Assembly (NCBI RefSeq): GCF_000981445.1
Contig: NC_027219.1
Span: 868,001-893,602, forward strand
Reading direction: 5' to 3'
From: Babesia bigemina
Taxonomy: Eukaryota
Length of the DNA stretch: 25,602 nucleotides
In this document: positions 1 to 10,705 of the stretch, piece by piece
Layout: every line of letters starts with the position of its first letter
Numbering within the stretch: position 1 is the stretch's first letter
Notes under the pieces: generated by a model
Told to the model about the DNA's origin: nothing
Seen by the model: the letters and a program-made list of their open reading frames with translations, nothing else
Database searches by the model: none
Program-made: the position numbers and the translations under genes

Positions 1-2
1 TT

Positions 3-542
3 GCGACGCAGCTGGGAGCAAAGATCTGCACCAGGCTGTCGGATAAGAAACTTACACACGTTGTGGCGGGGAAAAACTGCACCGACAACATCGTCAAAAG
101 CAAGGAACCCTGCTATTCTCATGTGCACAAGGTCCATACCCTCTGGCTCTACAGCTGCAGGGCAACCTGGACCAACGTGCCACCAGAAAAATTCAACGTG
201 GACGATATATGCGAAGCCTATTCCAACGAACCGCCCTCGCAGCCTTGTAAAGATCACTGGAAGATCCTGCTAAGCGATGACGATGACTCCGACAAACGGG
301 CCACATCGGACAACGCAACAGAAGACCAGCTTCCAACAAGAATATTTATGGGCACAGGATCGTATAGCCATGGAACCGAACTCATATCACCAACGGAACG
401 CGTGGTTATCCGATGGGACTCGGCGAAAACGAAACTGCTGCAGAACAACACCACCGACCCCATTGAGCAGAAGAGTGTCAAGCAAATCATACTAGAAAAC
501 GCGCCGTATACGAACAGTGTGAATCCTGAGCGATACGTGTAG
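3..542 (+). CDS. FCP1: 3' part of an FCP1-like RNA polymerase II CTD phosphatase (BRCT domain plus acidic tail); 5' end lies outside the window
   Basis: Frame 3 is open from base 3 and reads ATQLGAKICTRLSDKKLTHVVAGKNCTDNIVKSK...HVHKVHTLWLYSCRATWTNVPPEKFNV. This fits the BRCT pattern of FCP1/CTDP1 (LGA..THxxA..T..HxV.xxWLxxCxxxWxxV). Stop TAG at 540-542. The phosphatase domain is not visible, so the FCP1 name is inferred from the BRCT subtype. Confidence 0.65.
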   Translation, partial: ATQLGAKICTRLSDKKLTHVVAGKNCTDNIVKSKEPCYSHVHKVHTLWLYSCRATWTNVPPEKFNVDDICEAYSNEPPSQPCKDHWKILLSDDDDSDKRATSDNATEDQLPTRIFMGTGSYSHGTELISPTERVVIRWDSAKTKLLQNNTTDPIEQKSVKQIILENAPYTNSVNPERYV

Positions 543-925
543 CGTGTGTGAACCTATTAACGTTCAGATTAATTTGTCAACCGTGAAATTACATTACGTG
601 GCGTGCTGTGGCACACCAAGTGCAGTGCAACGTAGCTGGGGCCTGCAGTGACACATACTATATACTGTAACTCACAAATAAGGCATTGTCCACCGACCTG
701 GTGGCCATTCCAAGCGCAAGCGGTGGCAAGGTGAGTCAAATCGCGCTGTTAAGATACCCCGAGCATCGGTTGGCAAGCCGCCTGCATCCGTGCATCACCA
801 CAGACGGCGACCTCAGTGTAAATATATAACGAGTGCTGATAATTGTACACTAAACATTAACTACAAAGTCCAATTGGCACACACGATTGTCGGAGCACAC
901 TGATTGCGAGCAGCTAGCAGACGCC

Positions 926-3900
926 TCAGAAAAACGACATCAGGTACGACGCATAATTCGTTTCCGCTTCCTCTTGATTCGGCAAATTGGCATCAATAGT
1001 CGATGAGGACGACGCCCTAGAAATTGAAGCAGGTTCTCCGGCCCTACTAACGGCTAGGCGCCCGTGCGGCACGGCAGCCGGCGGAGAGTGCCCGGCGCCA
1101 TCACCATTGTCACTGTCCAACAGGGACGCGCTCGATTGATGAGACTCCTCTTCTTCATCCGTCACCAGAGCGTCGGTGTGATATTCCGCACCATCATTAG
1201 GGGATAAGTCGGCCGATGCATCAGACGCATCACCAACTTTCACGTTTGTCTTCGCCTTCTTCGGCATGCCGTCCGCTAATTCGCCATCTCCATACTCACG
1301 TGGTGAAGATCCTAAGCTGTGAACATCCGAGCTCTCAGCAGAAAACGGCGAGGAGTCGGAGTACGAAATACCGTTATCCGTGGCGTAGTCACTCTCAAGT
1401 TGCGGCGTGGCATCGCTTCTTGGGGATTCCGACAGCAACGGAGAAGCAACGGATTCGCTTTCGGAAATAGCAGATGACAAAATGCCGGTGTCATCCGCTG
1501 CATCCTCCGCGGCGGATGAGCGACCGTCCTCTGAACCTTCTTCCTGCACGACGCCGGACGTCGGCGACGGTGACCTGGGCGTGGCTACGCTGTGGGAATC
1601 TGCAATCTCTGGAATGGTCTCGGCAACCGGCGCCTGCTCCACGGGGGCTCCTGGTGTAGACAGCCTGTTTGCATCGGCAGATAATGCGTGCTCAGCATCT
1701 GTGGATGCTGCGTCCTGGTTATCTCCAGAAATAGCCCCGATCTCGACAGTAGTAGATTCGGGGACAGCAGACGGCGAAACACGGACATCGTCGCTAATAT
1801 CACAATACGAAGCAGTCCTTTCTACCGATACTTCATGCTCGCCGACCAAATCAGTAACCCCTTCCGATACGGGAGTAGACTCCGAGGGCGGAGGAGGCGC
1901 AGATGCTTCAGACTCAGATTGGCTGTGGGAATCAGAGGCCAAAGAATCTGCAGACCGCGGTGTTGGATGTGATGATTCGCCCGACACTACCGCAGAAGGA
2001 ATATCGTCAGATCCCTCACTAGGTTCAGCCTTTAACACATCGCTGAATTTCGACTCCGTTGCGTTGTCATCCGAATCACCGTTCAACGGCGTCGACTCAT
2101 CTATTTGCACATTAGAGGAAGACGACTCCGTATCTGATGAGATATTCACTGTGGTCAGACTCCCACCCTCCCCTGACTTCAGCGCATTGTCGTCAGCTAA
2201 CATCGGAACATCGGCAGAATCGCTGGTGGGTACCAAGGGGTCTTCATCACCGTTACCGGCATCTTCGGGCTGATCCGTTCGTATAGTATGCAAAAGTTTC
2301 ATCTCTCCAGTTAATACGGAAGTGGACGAGTCATCTGCCACCGCCGGGCATTCTTTAGAGACGGCTGTTTCCTCCTCGCTATTTCCCGATTCCACCTCAT
2401 TGCTACTGCACTCGCCGACTACGCTGCGCGGTGACGTTGCTTCGGACGGAGAGCCGCTTGTATCAACAGCATTCACTGAGGGGCAGACGACCTTATCCTC
2501 GGGTGGTTGCGGGTCCCCGCAAACGCCAATCTGATCATCGGAGGCAGTGCCAATAGCCGGATCAGCGTCGGGGGTAGTTGGCGTGCCACAATATTGGGAC
2601 AGATGCGAAGGCTCGGATTGTTCCACATCAGCATCCGATACGTCGGAAGAGGAGCGACTTTGCACATTATCCTCAATGCCCTCTGCGGCATCCTCCACGT
2701 CTTGAGTAAGTTGCTCGGTGATGCGCGGGGACGACGGCGTATCGCTGATACGTTCATCTACTTTACCTAGTTCGGATGACGCCGCGTTAGACTCCAACTC
2801 AAGGTTCTTATCCTCTACCTCATGCGGAACGCGAAATGGTGAATTCTCCGGACTCGTATCTACCTTCGGGATTTCAGCGTCTTCCGCAGTTACTGTTGAA
2901 TTCGCAACATCCGCGGCATCTGTTGCAATCATTGATGAGGATGATTCCTCCATCTCACTCAGCGTATCCTCGTGCCGGTAAGAAATGGGTGACTCAGCAG
3001 CACGCACACTGCTCTCACCGGATGCTAGACTTGAACACCGTGATGATAAATCCCCTACGTTTTCGTTATTCGAGGGCAACGAAGCATCCGCCTCGGCAGA
3101 GGACGATGATGACGGTGCGTCTGCCTTGACCCCATCGCTCGGCAACGAGGGATATCGGCTTATATCAGCTACACTCGGATCATTTTGAACATGCCTTGGG
3201 GTTCCCTTATCTGATACTGATACCTCGGGTACACCGACGTAATCGTGCGAAACAATGCTCGCCTTCCGCGAAGGAGTTGAGGTATGAATGGCGGGGATGA
3301 CAAAATCACGAATGCTCTGGGTGCTCGCATCATCTACCGCCTGACATGCATCACCGCATGCTTCAGCAGACACACAATCGGCTTCCTCTTCGGAAATCGC
3401 CGCACTAGCGTTCGACTCACCGCTAACAGCAGATATTTGTATATCATCCGCTTCAATTGCATCAGTAGGTAGTTGCGCGTTTTCCGCATCCTCCGTGTCC
3501 TTGGACATTTGAACATCATCTTCATCTACAGTATCATCGGACGCTTCTGTGTCGTCTGCGTCCTCGGCCTCAGTGGTCGATCCCCTAACATTCCCATCCG
3601 AAGTGTCGGCGGATATTTCGGCGACAGCATCGCCAACCGTATCAGCGCACGTCAGAGTAGCATCCTCTGCTTCATCCACAGATGGTTGGGTAATAAGAAT
3701 ATCTGCAGTACTTGCAGGCTGCTGGGTTGCGTTCCCAGCGCTATCGGCAATATTAACATCCGTGGTGCCCGCTGGTGGTTGTGTATCAACTTGTTCCGCC
3801 GTCTCGGTAGATGTTAGTACATCGTCCACAACCGTCTCCGTAGGCGTGTCGGGAACATCCGCATCGAAAGTATTAGAAGACGGCTGAACAACGTATTCAC

Positions 3901-6508
3901 TGCCGATGGGTGTTTCAGTAACATTCTCAGCTGGCTCTGCTGGCATTTCCATAACACCATCTTCCACGTTATCAGTATTTTGTTGATCGTTTGCCCCTTC
4001 TACACTGCCCATAGATAGGTCCATATCGTCCCCAGCATTAGAGGTAGGTGATTCGATAACAATCTCGCCGCCATCTGCGGGTGTTGCTGCAACATTCTGA
4101 TCCGCATTCTCGGCTGATGGTGGGACAACGCTCTCGGCCGCAGTACCCGTAGGCCTCTGAACGTCTTCTTCAGTCATCTCACTAGACGATTCGGCCACAC
4201 TCTCATCCGCAGTACCCGTAGGCATCTGAACGTCTTCTTCAACCTCAGTAGGCATATTTGCAACACTATCATCCGCAGCCTCCATAGATGATTCAACGTT
4301 ATCCTCGGCCTCGGAAGACGGTTGGATCATCTCAACAGGTTCAGGGGACAATTGAACGTCCCCAAAGGTGGCAACGTGCGGTGAGCTTGTCACTGATTCG
4401 CCTTCCTCGTCATCTCCGAGGTGTGATGAAAGTTGGGGCGTCATTGGCAACTGTGAATCGGACTCATACTCATCCGTATCTGACGCTAAATCGCTTTGGA
4501 GGGCACCGCCCTGATCTGATGACCCTTCAATGGATGAGTCAGCGTCGACGTTATCAGCAGCAGACAACGAAACAGATCGAGGGGTAACAAGGGAAGACTC
4601 TGCCGGTGTGGCTTCTATCTCATCAGCGGATGAATTGCCCTCCTTAATGTCGTGTGTCGGCGCAGGATCATTCGATGCGCCAGCCGTCTCAACAGTTGTT
4701 GCTTCCTCAGTCATCTTGGACTCAGTAGTATGAGGCGTATCCTCAACCATACCAACCACCTCTTGGTGCTCAGGATTCTCTAAACGAGGCGAAGGGCGAT
4801 GGCCTTCACTTCCAACAGATCGTGCAGATGCACGTTCGCTTGCTGGGTCGCTGACAATGTAGCTGTCCACGCTCGTAAGTGTAGGTGGTGCAGATGCCAT
4901 TGCGTCACTGCCCGGTCTGCCAGAGCTTAGTGGCGGTGAATCAACTGAAGTGGTCACCGACTGCAACTTAGGACTTGTAGAGTTCGACGCACCATCCGAA
5001 TTGTTTGTTGCACCAACTGAAACCGAAGATGCGCTGCATGGGGCTGGAGAACCGCGACCTGAGTCCGCCGCACGATTCACAAGCTTTGGTTCAGCTGACT
5101 CATCATTTGGTGTGGATGATTTGGCCACATCGTCATCGCCGTTGTGTACATCTACAGAGTCGATCGAATGTTCCACGTCGCTCGCCAAATCGTTCTCCGC
5201 ACCTAATTCACTGCTGTCCGTTTCTGAAAGAAGCGCGTTACTCTCTGTCCTGCTTGATGTGATATCCGGCTCCGATATTTCCACGGTATCGTGTTGGTAA
5301 GTGGAACCGGTTTCATTCAGCTTTTCGGTGCGCATGGAGATTGGCGGAGTCACAGCCTCAGTGGCTGGCGAATCATTTGCATACGCGTCACGGTCGGTCG
5401 AAGCGGCGGTATTCTCACTCAACTCTAAAGATTGTTGCTGGGAAAGTGGCTCGTCGTGAGTTGCAGTGTCGCATGGAAGGCTCCGCGACGAATGTTTTGG
5501 CGAAGCACTCACGGACGAATCGCTACCCGTCTCGCTTTCGGATGGTGAATCCAATAACTCAGATGCACTCGGTGGTGTATCTTCAGCTTGTAGAAGAGGT
5601 TTCACAGTAGTATACACCTCATCCATTTCCGGATGTTGATTTTCATGCATGGCTTCAGTTGCAGGGGAGGAATCGGACTCATCCTCAACACGAATTTGCG
5701 TAGCATCATCGGGACCGGGTATTTCAATCGGCGTCTCGACAGTCACGTCTGCACCCGCAGCAACGTTTGTACATGTGGCAACATAGATAGGATCTTTACC
5801 CTCAGAAGTAGCTTCTTCGGCCTTGTTGCAGGTGTGTGGCTCACCTCTTGGTTGTGATGCCAGTGTCGGCAGAGAGTCGGCAGCAAACGGCGCTCTCATA
5901 TCCCGATCAACATGAGCGTTATCCTCTTTCGCCAGCTGAGGCTTCACAGCATCGGCATGTTTCGAGAATCTTGATGCATCACCGTCGTCATTCTGTGTAA
6001 TCGAACCATCAGATGAAGAGCCATTCGGTGATATTCTTTCAGCAGTGATGTTTGACCCACACTTAGCAGGCAGGCTTGCGTGCTTATTTACATTTGGTGG
6101 CATTTCAGTCAAACAGGTGATGTCAACGCTGACTTCACAATGGCCTATGGCAACATCTTGTGAACCCTTGCCTTTTGCAGGAAAAAACGGGGGGCTTCGC
6201 AAGTCTATTCGAGTGCTCAACAAACTGCTGCAAGACTCCGACGTGCTCGTACCAGAGGAGCATTCCTGTCTAACACCACAGGGCAGAACAAACGGTCTCA
6301 ACGGGTAACCCATTTCACCGGAATCCTTCAACTGCAAAATGGATCGAACTGTGCGAACTGCATCTAGCTCGAGAGATATACGCGTGGCATCCTCGTAGTA
6401 AATGGGCGGGCAGGACGTAGCCTGACGGTGACGCCGTTTATGCAACTCATAAACGTACCTGTCCTCCGACTCCAAACTACGGATTAAGGAAGCACGAGAT
6501 TGCTCCAT
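926..6508 (-). CDS. Large acidic Ser/Asp/Glu/Thr-rich, probably disordered hypothetical protein (1860 aa, single exon)
   Basis: Uninterrupted 5.58-kb ORF from ATG 6508 to TGA 926, flanked upstream by AT-rich intergenic DNA. No recognisable domain, signal peptide or TM segment. The N-terminal ~135 aa are more complex than the rest. Confidence 0.9.
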   Translation of the reverse strand: MEQSRASLIRSLESEDRYVYELHKRRHRQATSCPPIYYEDATRISLELDAVRTVRSILQLKDSGEMGYPLRPFVLPCGVRQECSSGTSTSESCSSLLSTRIDLRSPPFFPAKGKGSQDVAIGHCEVSVDITCLTEMPPNVNKHASLPAKCGSNITAERISPNGSSSDGSITQNDDGDASRFSKHADAVKPQLAKEDNAHVDRDMRAPFAADSLPTLASQPRGEPHTCNKAEEATSEGKDPIYVATCTNVAAGADVTVETPIEIPGPDDATQIRVEDESDSSPATEAMHENQHPEMDEVYTTVKPLLQAEDTPPSASELLDSPSESETGSDSSVSASPKHSSRSLPCDTATHDEPLSQQQSLELSENTAASTDRDAYANDSPATEAVTPPISMRTEKLNETGSTYQHDTVEISEPDITSSRTESNALLSETDSSELGAENDLASDVEHSIDSVDVHNGDDDVAKSSTPNDESAEPKLVNRAADSGRGSPAPCSASSVSVGATNNSDGASNSTSPKLQSVTTSVDSPPLSSGRPGSDAMASAPPTLTSVDSYIVSDPASERASARSVGSEGHRPSPRLENPEHQEVVGMVEDTPHTTESKMTEEATTVETAGASNDPAPTHDIKEGNSSADEIEATPAESSLVTPRSVSLSAADNVDADSSIEGSSDQGGALQSDLASDTDEYESDSQLPMTPQLSSHLGDDEEGESVTSSPHVATFGDVQLSPEPVEMIQPSSEAEDNVESSMEAADDSVANMPTEVEEDVQMPTGTADESVAESSSEMTEEDVQRPTGTAAESVVPPSAENADQNVAATPADGGEIVIESPTSNAGDDMDLSMGSVEGANDQQNTDNVEDGVMEMPAEPAENVTETPIGSEYVVQPSSNTFDADVPDTPTETVVDDVLTSTETAEQVDTQPPAGTTDVNIADSAGNATQQPASTADILITQPSVDEAEDATLTCADTVGDAVAEISADTSDGNVRGSTTEAEDADDTEASDDTVDEDDVQMSKDTEDAENAQLPTDAIEADDIQISAVSGESNASAAISEEEADCVSAEACGDACQAVDDASTQSIRDFVIPAIHTSTPSRKASIVSHDYVGVPEVSVSDKGTPRHVQNDPSVADISRYPSLPSDGVKADAPSSSSSAEADASLPSNNENVGDLSSRCSSLASGESSVRAAESPISYRHEDTLSEMEESSSSMIATDAADVANSTVTAEDAEIPKVDTSPENSPFRVPHEVEDKNLELESNAASSELGKVDERISDTPSSPRITEQLTQDVEDAAEGIEDNVQSRSSSDVSDADVEQSEPSHLSQYCGTPTTPDADPAIGTASDDQIGVCGDPQPPEDKVVCPSVNAVDTSGSPSEATSPRSVVGECSSNEVESGNSEEETAVSKECPAVADDSSTSVLTGEMKLLHTIRTDQPEDAGNGDEDPLVPTSDSADVPMLADDNALKSGEGGSLTTVNISSDTESSSSNVQIDESTPLNGDSDDNATESKFSDVLKAEPSEGSDDIPSAVVSGESSHPTPRSADSLASDSHSQSESEASAPPPPSESTPVSEGVTDLVGEHEVSVERTASYCDISDDVRVSPSAVPESTTVEIGAISGDNQDAASTDAEHALSADANRLSTPGAPVEQAPVAETIPEIADSHSVATPRSPSPTSGVVQEEGSEDGRSSAAEDAADDTGILSSAISESESVASPLLSESPRSDATPQLESDYATDNGISYSDSSPFSAESSDVHSLGSSPREYGDGELADGMPKKAKTNVKVGDASDASADLSPNDGAEYHTDALVTDEEEESHQSSASLLDSDNGDGAGHSPPAAVPHGRLAVSRAGEPASISRASSSSTIDANLPNQEEAETNYASYLMSFF
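4131..4270 (-). repeat. 69-bp (23-aa) degenerate internal tandem repeat in the 1860-aa ORF
   Basis: cagtacccgtaggc..ctgaacgtcttcttca occurs at 4141 and 4210 (offset 69), encoding EEDVQMPTGTADES and EEDVQRPTGTAAES. Confidence 0.75.
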
Positions 6509-7260
6509 TATGCCACAAACTCAGCAGAAATCAACATTCCATGTCACAATAATCGCGCATGCTGCACAACGTCAAAGCGCTGCAAAATCCAGATCAAGAG
6601 GTGTTTCCTCAGCTGTCAAAATTTTAAAACGCACTAGAAACAGTAGGTATACGCTTTCTCGCTTCCCATAAATGAATTCCATACATCAATGACACTGAAG
6701 ATAACACTTGCATTGCACAAGCCGTCGGTTCTTGTTCGCCGACTCTGATTTGAGGCAAAAAATGCTTCCAGACAAAAAGGTGACCAACAAATCAAAAACA
6801 ACAAATGCCATCACACATCAATTTTCTGAATGTGCTACACAATAGAACATCATAAAATGCGTACGTTAGTCGAAAACAAAAAAAGAATCGGCGTAACATG
6901 ATAAAAGCATGACACGATCATACACATGCCATCTATGACGCAACAGAAGCTACATAATATTTGATGAATTAATGAAAAAACTAACAAAGCACTGCTAGGG
7001 TGTCTCTAGCATACTGTCATGGGTCGAATAGGCTCAATGTGTGGGTCAAGAGACCCTTAACTGACGCGCTGGACAGCCAGATACGCACCGGACACGTACC
7101 ACAATCCGCGAATCGAGCTTTATTTGACTGCATTGCTTGTTACAATATCTGCGCACAATACCGCCATCGGCTTTGTGAAATCATGCATTTCGTGGAATGC
7201 GGTGTCCACGCTACACAGCGTTTGCCACGTTGAAGACGACGACAACGACGCGAGGTGCCA

Positions 7261-9989
7261 TTATTGGCATATGCGGAGCGGGTCGCGCCATTTCCAGTGC
7301 AACTGATTAATCTCGCGCTCCATGAGATCGGTCACGCCGAGGCACGGGTTCAAGCAGTGCAGATTCTCGCGTAACTGGTACATGTCGTTCACCCCAATAA
7401 TCTGGCACAAGCATAACGGCGATCTGGCAAGCTACTTACCGTGCTGCAAATGAACGGACGTGTTAACACCCAACGCATAGCAAGGGCGCACAAATTAGGG
7501 TACTTGTAGGACATCGCTATGTCGTAATACTCCTTCACAGCACGTGCAGCCAGCGAGCCGCTGCGCATCGTTACTCACGCCGATCCTCAACTCACCGATA
7601 ACGTTTCATGTATGACGGGTAACGCAACAAACGACCGGATGTGGTGGTGTCCACGTATTCCAAATATTTACCGGTCAGCACGCCGCCAGCCAGAGGGCCG
7701 TACGCCAGAATGCCAATGCCTGCAACAGCTAAATCGCATTGAAACGGCTCAAATAACCTGTGTTGTGCGGGCGGCATAGCTCCACAAAGCCCTTCTCAAC
7801 ATCGTTTCGGCAAAGCAGGTTGTAGTTCAACTGCACTGAAACGGGACCCTCAATACCTGCCTCTTTGGCCAGCTGGGTGAATCGCAACACCCCCCAAGGG
7901 GTCTCGTTCGACAGGCCCCAGTGGCGAATCTAAACCACATGTTGCAAATACAAATGCTAGTAGCACACCTTTCCCTGAGAAATAAGCGTTCGAATTGCGT
8001 CCACTTGCTCCTCCATCGGCACCGAATCACTGCTCTCCGCACGCTGCGCATATACGGTGCACCCCTCTGAATACAGTAAACCAACCTCAGCATCGAATAA
8101 CACGTCGCTGAAATCGCCGCTCTCATGCATTGGCACGTAGCGGTCCGGCCAATGCAGCTGGAGCAGGTCGATATAATCGGTCTTCAGACGCGACAAACAG
8201 CCATCAACCGCCCTTATTATGTGTGATTTAGACAGTTCACAGGCGCTAAAAATGCGTGACTGGCATAATAGTAAGAAAACTCACCTGGGGCGTAGCCACG
8301 ATAAATGTGGGCTGCGACTTGCGATCTTCGTAGCCAGCACCATCTTCGATCTCTCTAAAGGTCCACGTCGCGAAATCCACCTGCCCAGGAACGACTCGCA
8401 TACCCCGTGACTATCCTCAGACGCAGGCAAAGGATATAGTTCGGAGGTGTCCTGCATAGAGATGAGCATTGACGCGCAACAACTAACGATGAAATTTACT
8501 CCAAATTCGTCAAACGCAAAGTCCAGCAGACGTGCAGCACACGCCTCATCTACAGTGTTGCCAAACGTCATTGTGCCCAAGCAAATATCAGAAACCACCA
8601 AATCGCCTTTGCCAAGTCGGCGATAACGTACAATGGCGCCAGACTGATGCTCACGTGTTGAAACCGTCTTCCAAAAGTTTTGGTAGGTTTGCAAGTAACC
8701 GAAGGGGGCTTTCGATTTCGACGATTCCAGGGCGTGGTCACGGTCCATGTTACGCATTTTTATATTCAACACATCATCCAGCTTGGGCAACCGGAAAACG
8801 CCCGTGTCTAACGGTTTACGTGGAAAGAAATGGGTCACATTCTGTGGAACATTAAAGAAATCAACCGGCACGAAAGGTTTGTACTTAGAAACACATTCGG
8901 CGCGGATTGGCCTTATGCCAGAAGCAGTTAATTCGTATAACTCCAAAGCGCCCTTCCCATCAAAAGATGACGCTCGCTGGCGCGTAGATTTCTCATACGT
9001 CCACGTGTAATTGCGCTCAGAGTCGTGCAACACAGTGACGTACTCGTACCCATCTATGTCGCTGCGGTGCTCAACTACTCGCACATTCGGCAGATACGAC
9101 GCCAGTGCGCCTGGCAATGCCAACCATCTGGTGCTGTCTTCCAAAAATGGAATGCGATGATGAATTGAATTGTCTAGCATAGAAGCTGCTTCTATGGAAC
9201 CTGGTTCGAAACAACCCATTAACTTAATACGATTGGCTTCATCAATGAACCATGGTAGACCTAAGCCGCATTGACGAACCTCAATCTCGCAACCGTGCAC
9301 ATTAATCCGCGTTATCTTCGCACGAGATATGCGCTCATAGAAGTCGAAATCGGTTGGGATGGATGGAAAACGATGTTTATACTTCTCCCAAAGCTCACTC
9401 AACACTGAAGATGGTAACTCCTGGGGGGTATCCGTCAAAACGGCATCTTTAGCGTCGGAATACAATTTTCTTATTACTCCGTCGCCCGTGTCAGGATTTC
9501 CCCACTCAATAGTATCACCACGAAGGCCGAAGCGATGCCTAATAAAGGGAATGCGTAGTCCAGACAAGATCGATACTTGATGCAACCCTAAAAAGTTATA
9601 ACATGGCAATCAAATGCTTCACAATGATGGAGCACGGCACATATATACTTAGCAATTGTCCCCATTCCTCGTAAACGCCGTAACAGGTTGGTTTCGCGGG
9701 CAACGGGGTCAAGGTGCAGCTAGCAGAGTGGCATACATTAGTGCTGCACCGGTACAAGGTGCGGCTGACAGTGCAGACACCCACCTGGCCATGGTCCGCT
9801 GCAATTAGGGACCTTCAGACGCACGGAAGGCAGGACGCAAGGCTCCACAACCTCGCGAACTGCACGGCGGCGCTCATGCGGGACACACGTGCCGAGGAAG
9901 CAGAAGCCACCGAATTGGCGCACGCATATCGCGCTTACACATGACAGCAACAGCCACAATGCGCTCAAACAAAGCGTCAAATGTCGCAT
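7261..9989 (-). CDS. Aldo-keto reductase (Tas-like) with a long N-terminal extension and probable signal peptide; multi-exon
   Basis: Seven GT-AG introns traced by hand: 8452-8487, 8246-8284, 8044-8085, 7930-7968, 7720-7757, 7561-7595, 7402-7439. The spliced product contains YRRLGKGDLVVSDICLGTMTFG, DTSELYP, LATKI, YIDLLQLHWPDRY, IRHWGLSNETPWG, QLNYNLLCR and ILAYGPLAGGVLTGKY, and ends WKWRDPLRICQ-TAA (7261). The D/Y/K/H catalytic tetrad is present. Exon structure between ~9540 and 9790 is unresolved. The likely start is ATG 9989 (MRHLTLCLSALWLLLSCVSA). Confidence 0.9.
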
Positions 9990-10335
9990 GGAAGGACGGT
10001 GGCATGTGGAAGGCAACACGGCGGTGCGCAGACACACCGGCTGCATCCTAACGCGCTCCCGGTCCTACATCGCAGAACACAACAGCAGTGCGCAAATAAT
10101 ATCGAGAAGTAGTCGCCAGGTCCTGCTCACGCGATAACGCGGCCAGCACGAACGCCGACAGGGGCCACACACTCGCGCTCCAAGCACGCACATCCCAAAC
10201 GCCGCAGTGCCGGCGTACCGCAAATCGCAAACATCATACACTCACAGACATCGCAGAGAAAATATCTCGGGTGGCTGTACTCAATATCGCCACCGAAATG
10301 GCCGCAAAAGATAGGAAGGCACTCAGCATCCAGCA
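9660..10335. repeat. 676-bp direct repeat, copy A (AKR 5' end, head-to-head intergenic region, first codons of RRP45)
   Basis: Colinear with 14684-15359 at a constant offset of 5024, with roughly 15-20 substitutions counted by eye. Confidence 0.95.
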
Positions 10336-10348
10336 GGCGTACGAGTAA
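10298..10348 (+). pseudogene. Truncated RRP45 5' fragment (MAAKDRKALSIQ, then QAYE-stop across the junction)
   Basis: Matches the RRP45 start at 15322 (MVAKDRKALSIQH). Homology stops at 10335, and TAA follows at 10346-10348. Confidence 0.8.
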
Positions 10349-10705
10349 GGTGCATAAAGCCCGGATTCTTGCGATATAGTCGTCACCGATTGGACTGTGC
10401 GTGTTAGCTCTGCTATAGTGAGCGTTTAAAAACTGGTATCAAACTTCTCTCGGCGCTGCTGGAGAGTGGACGTAGTCGGTATCCGCCCGGACGTCCGACA
10501 GTAGCACGGACTGCGAAAATCTGCGGGAGCCTCCTCGTCCGATTGAGGCGGTTGTTGGAGTGTCAAGCATAGGATTGTGTCGATTGGGGCGAGGTTGTAC
10601 CCCGCTTTTGCCTGTTGCCCTGCAGCAAGGTTGTACTGGCGCATTAGCGCGGAGCACGCACAAGCATACGATATACAGGGCATTCGCAACCATTGGAACG
10701 ACAAA
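10338..10705 (+). repeat. Constant 368-bp leader upstream of small ORF1 (other copies at 11867-12234 and 13375-13742)
   Basis: Three copies that differ by only a few substitutions, each ending immediately before an ATG (..ttggaacgac[a/g]aa-ATG). Confidence 0.95.

Noticed and set aside
1216..6308. Numerous plus-strand and alternative-frame ORFs over the 1860-aa gene
   Set aside because: Antisense or off-frame shadows of a long biased CDS, with no recognisable motifs.
10500..10570. tRNA-like look of gtagcacggactgcgaaaatctgcgg in the leader
   Set aside because: No TTC T-loop, no acceptor stem and no 7-nt anticodon loop.
10577..10705. N-terminal extension MSIGARLYPAF... of the 127-aa ORF calls (also 12106-12234)
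   Set aside because: It starts at GTG and is broken by TGA in the third copy. The true starts are more likely the ATGs at the constant/variable boundary.
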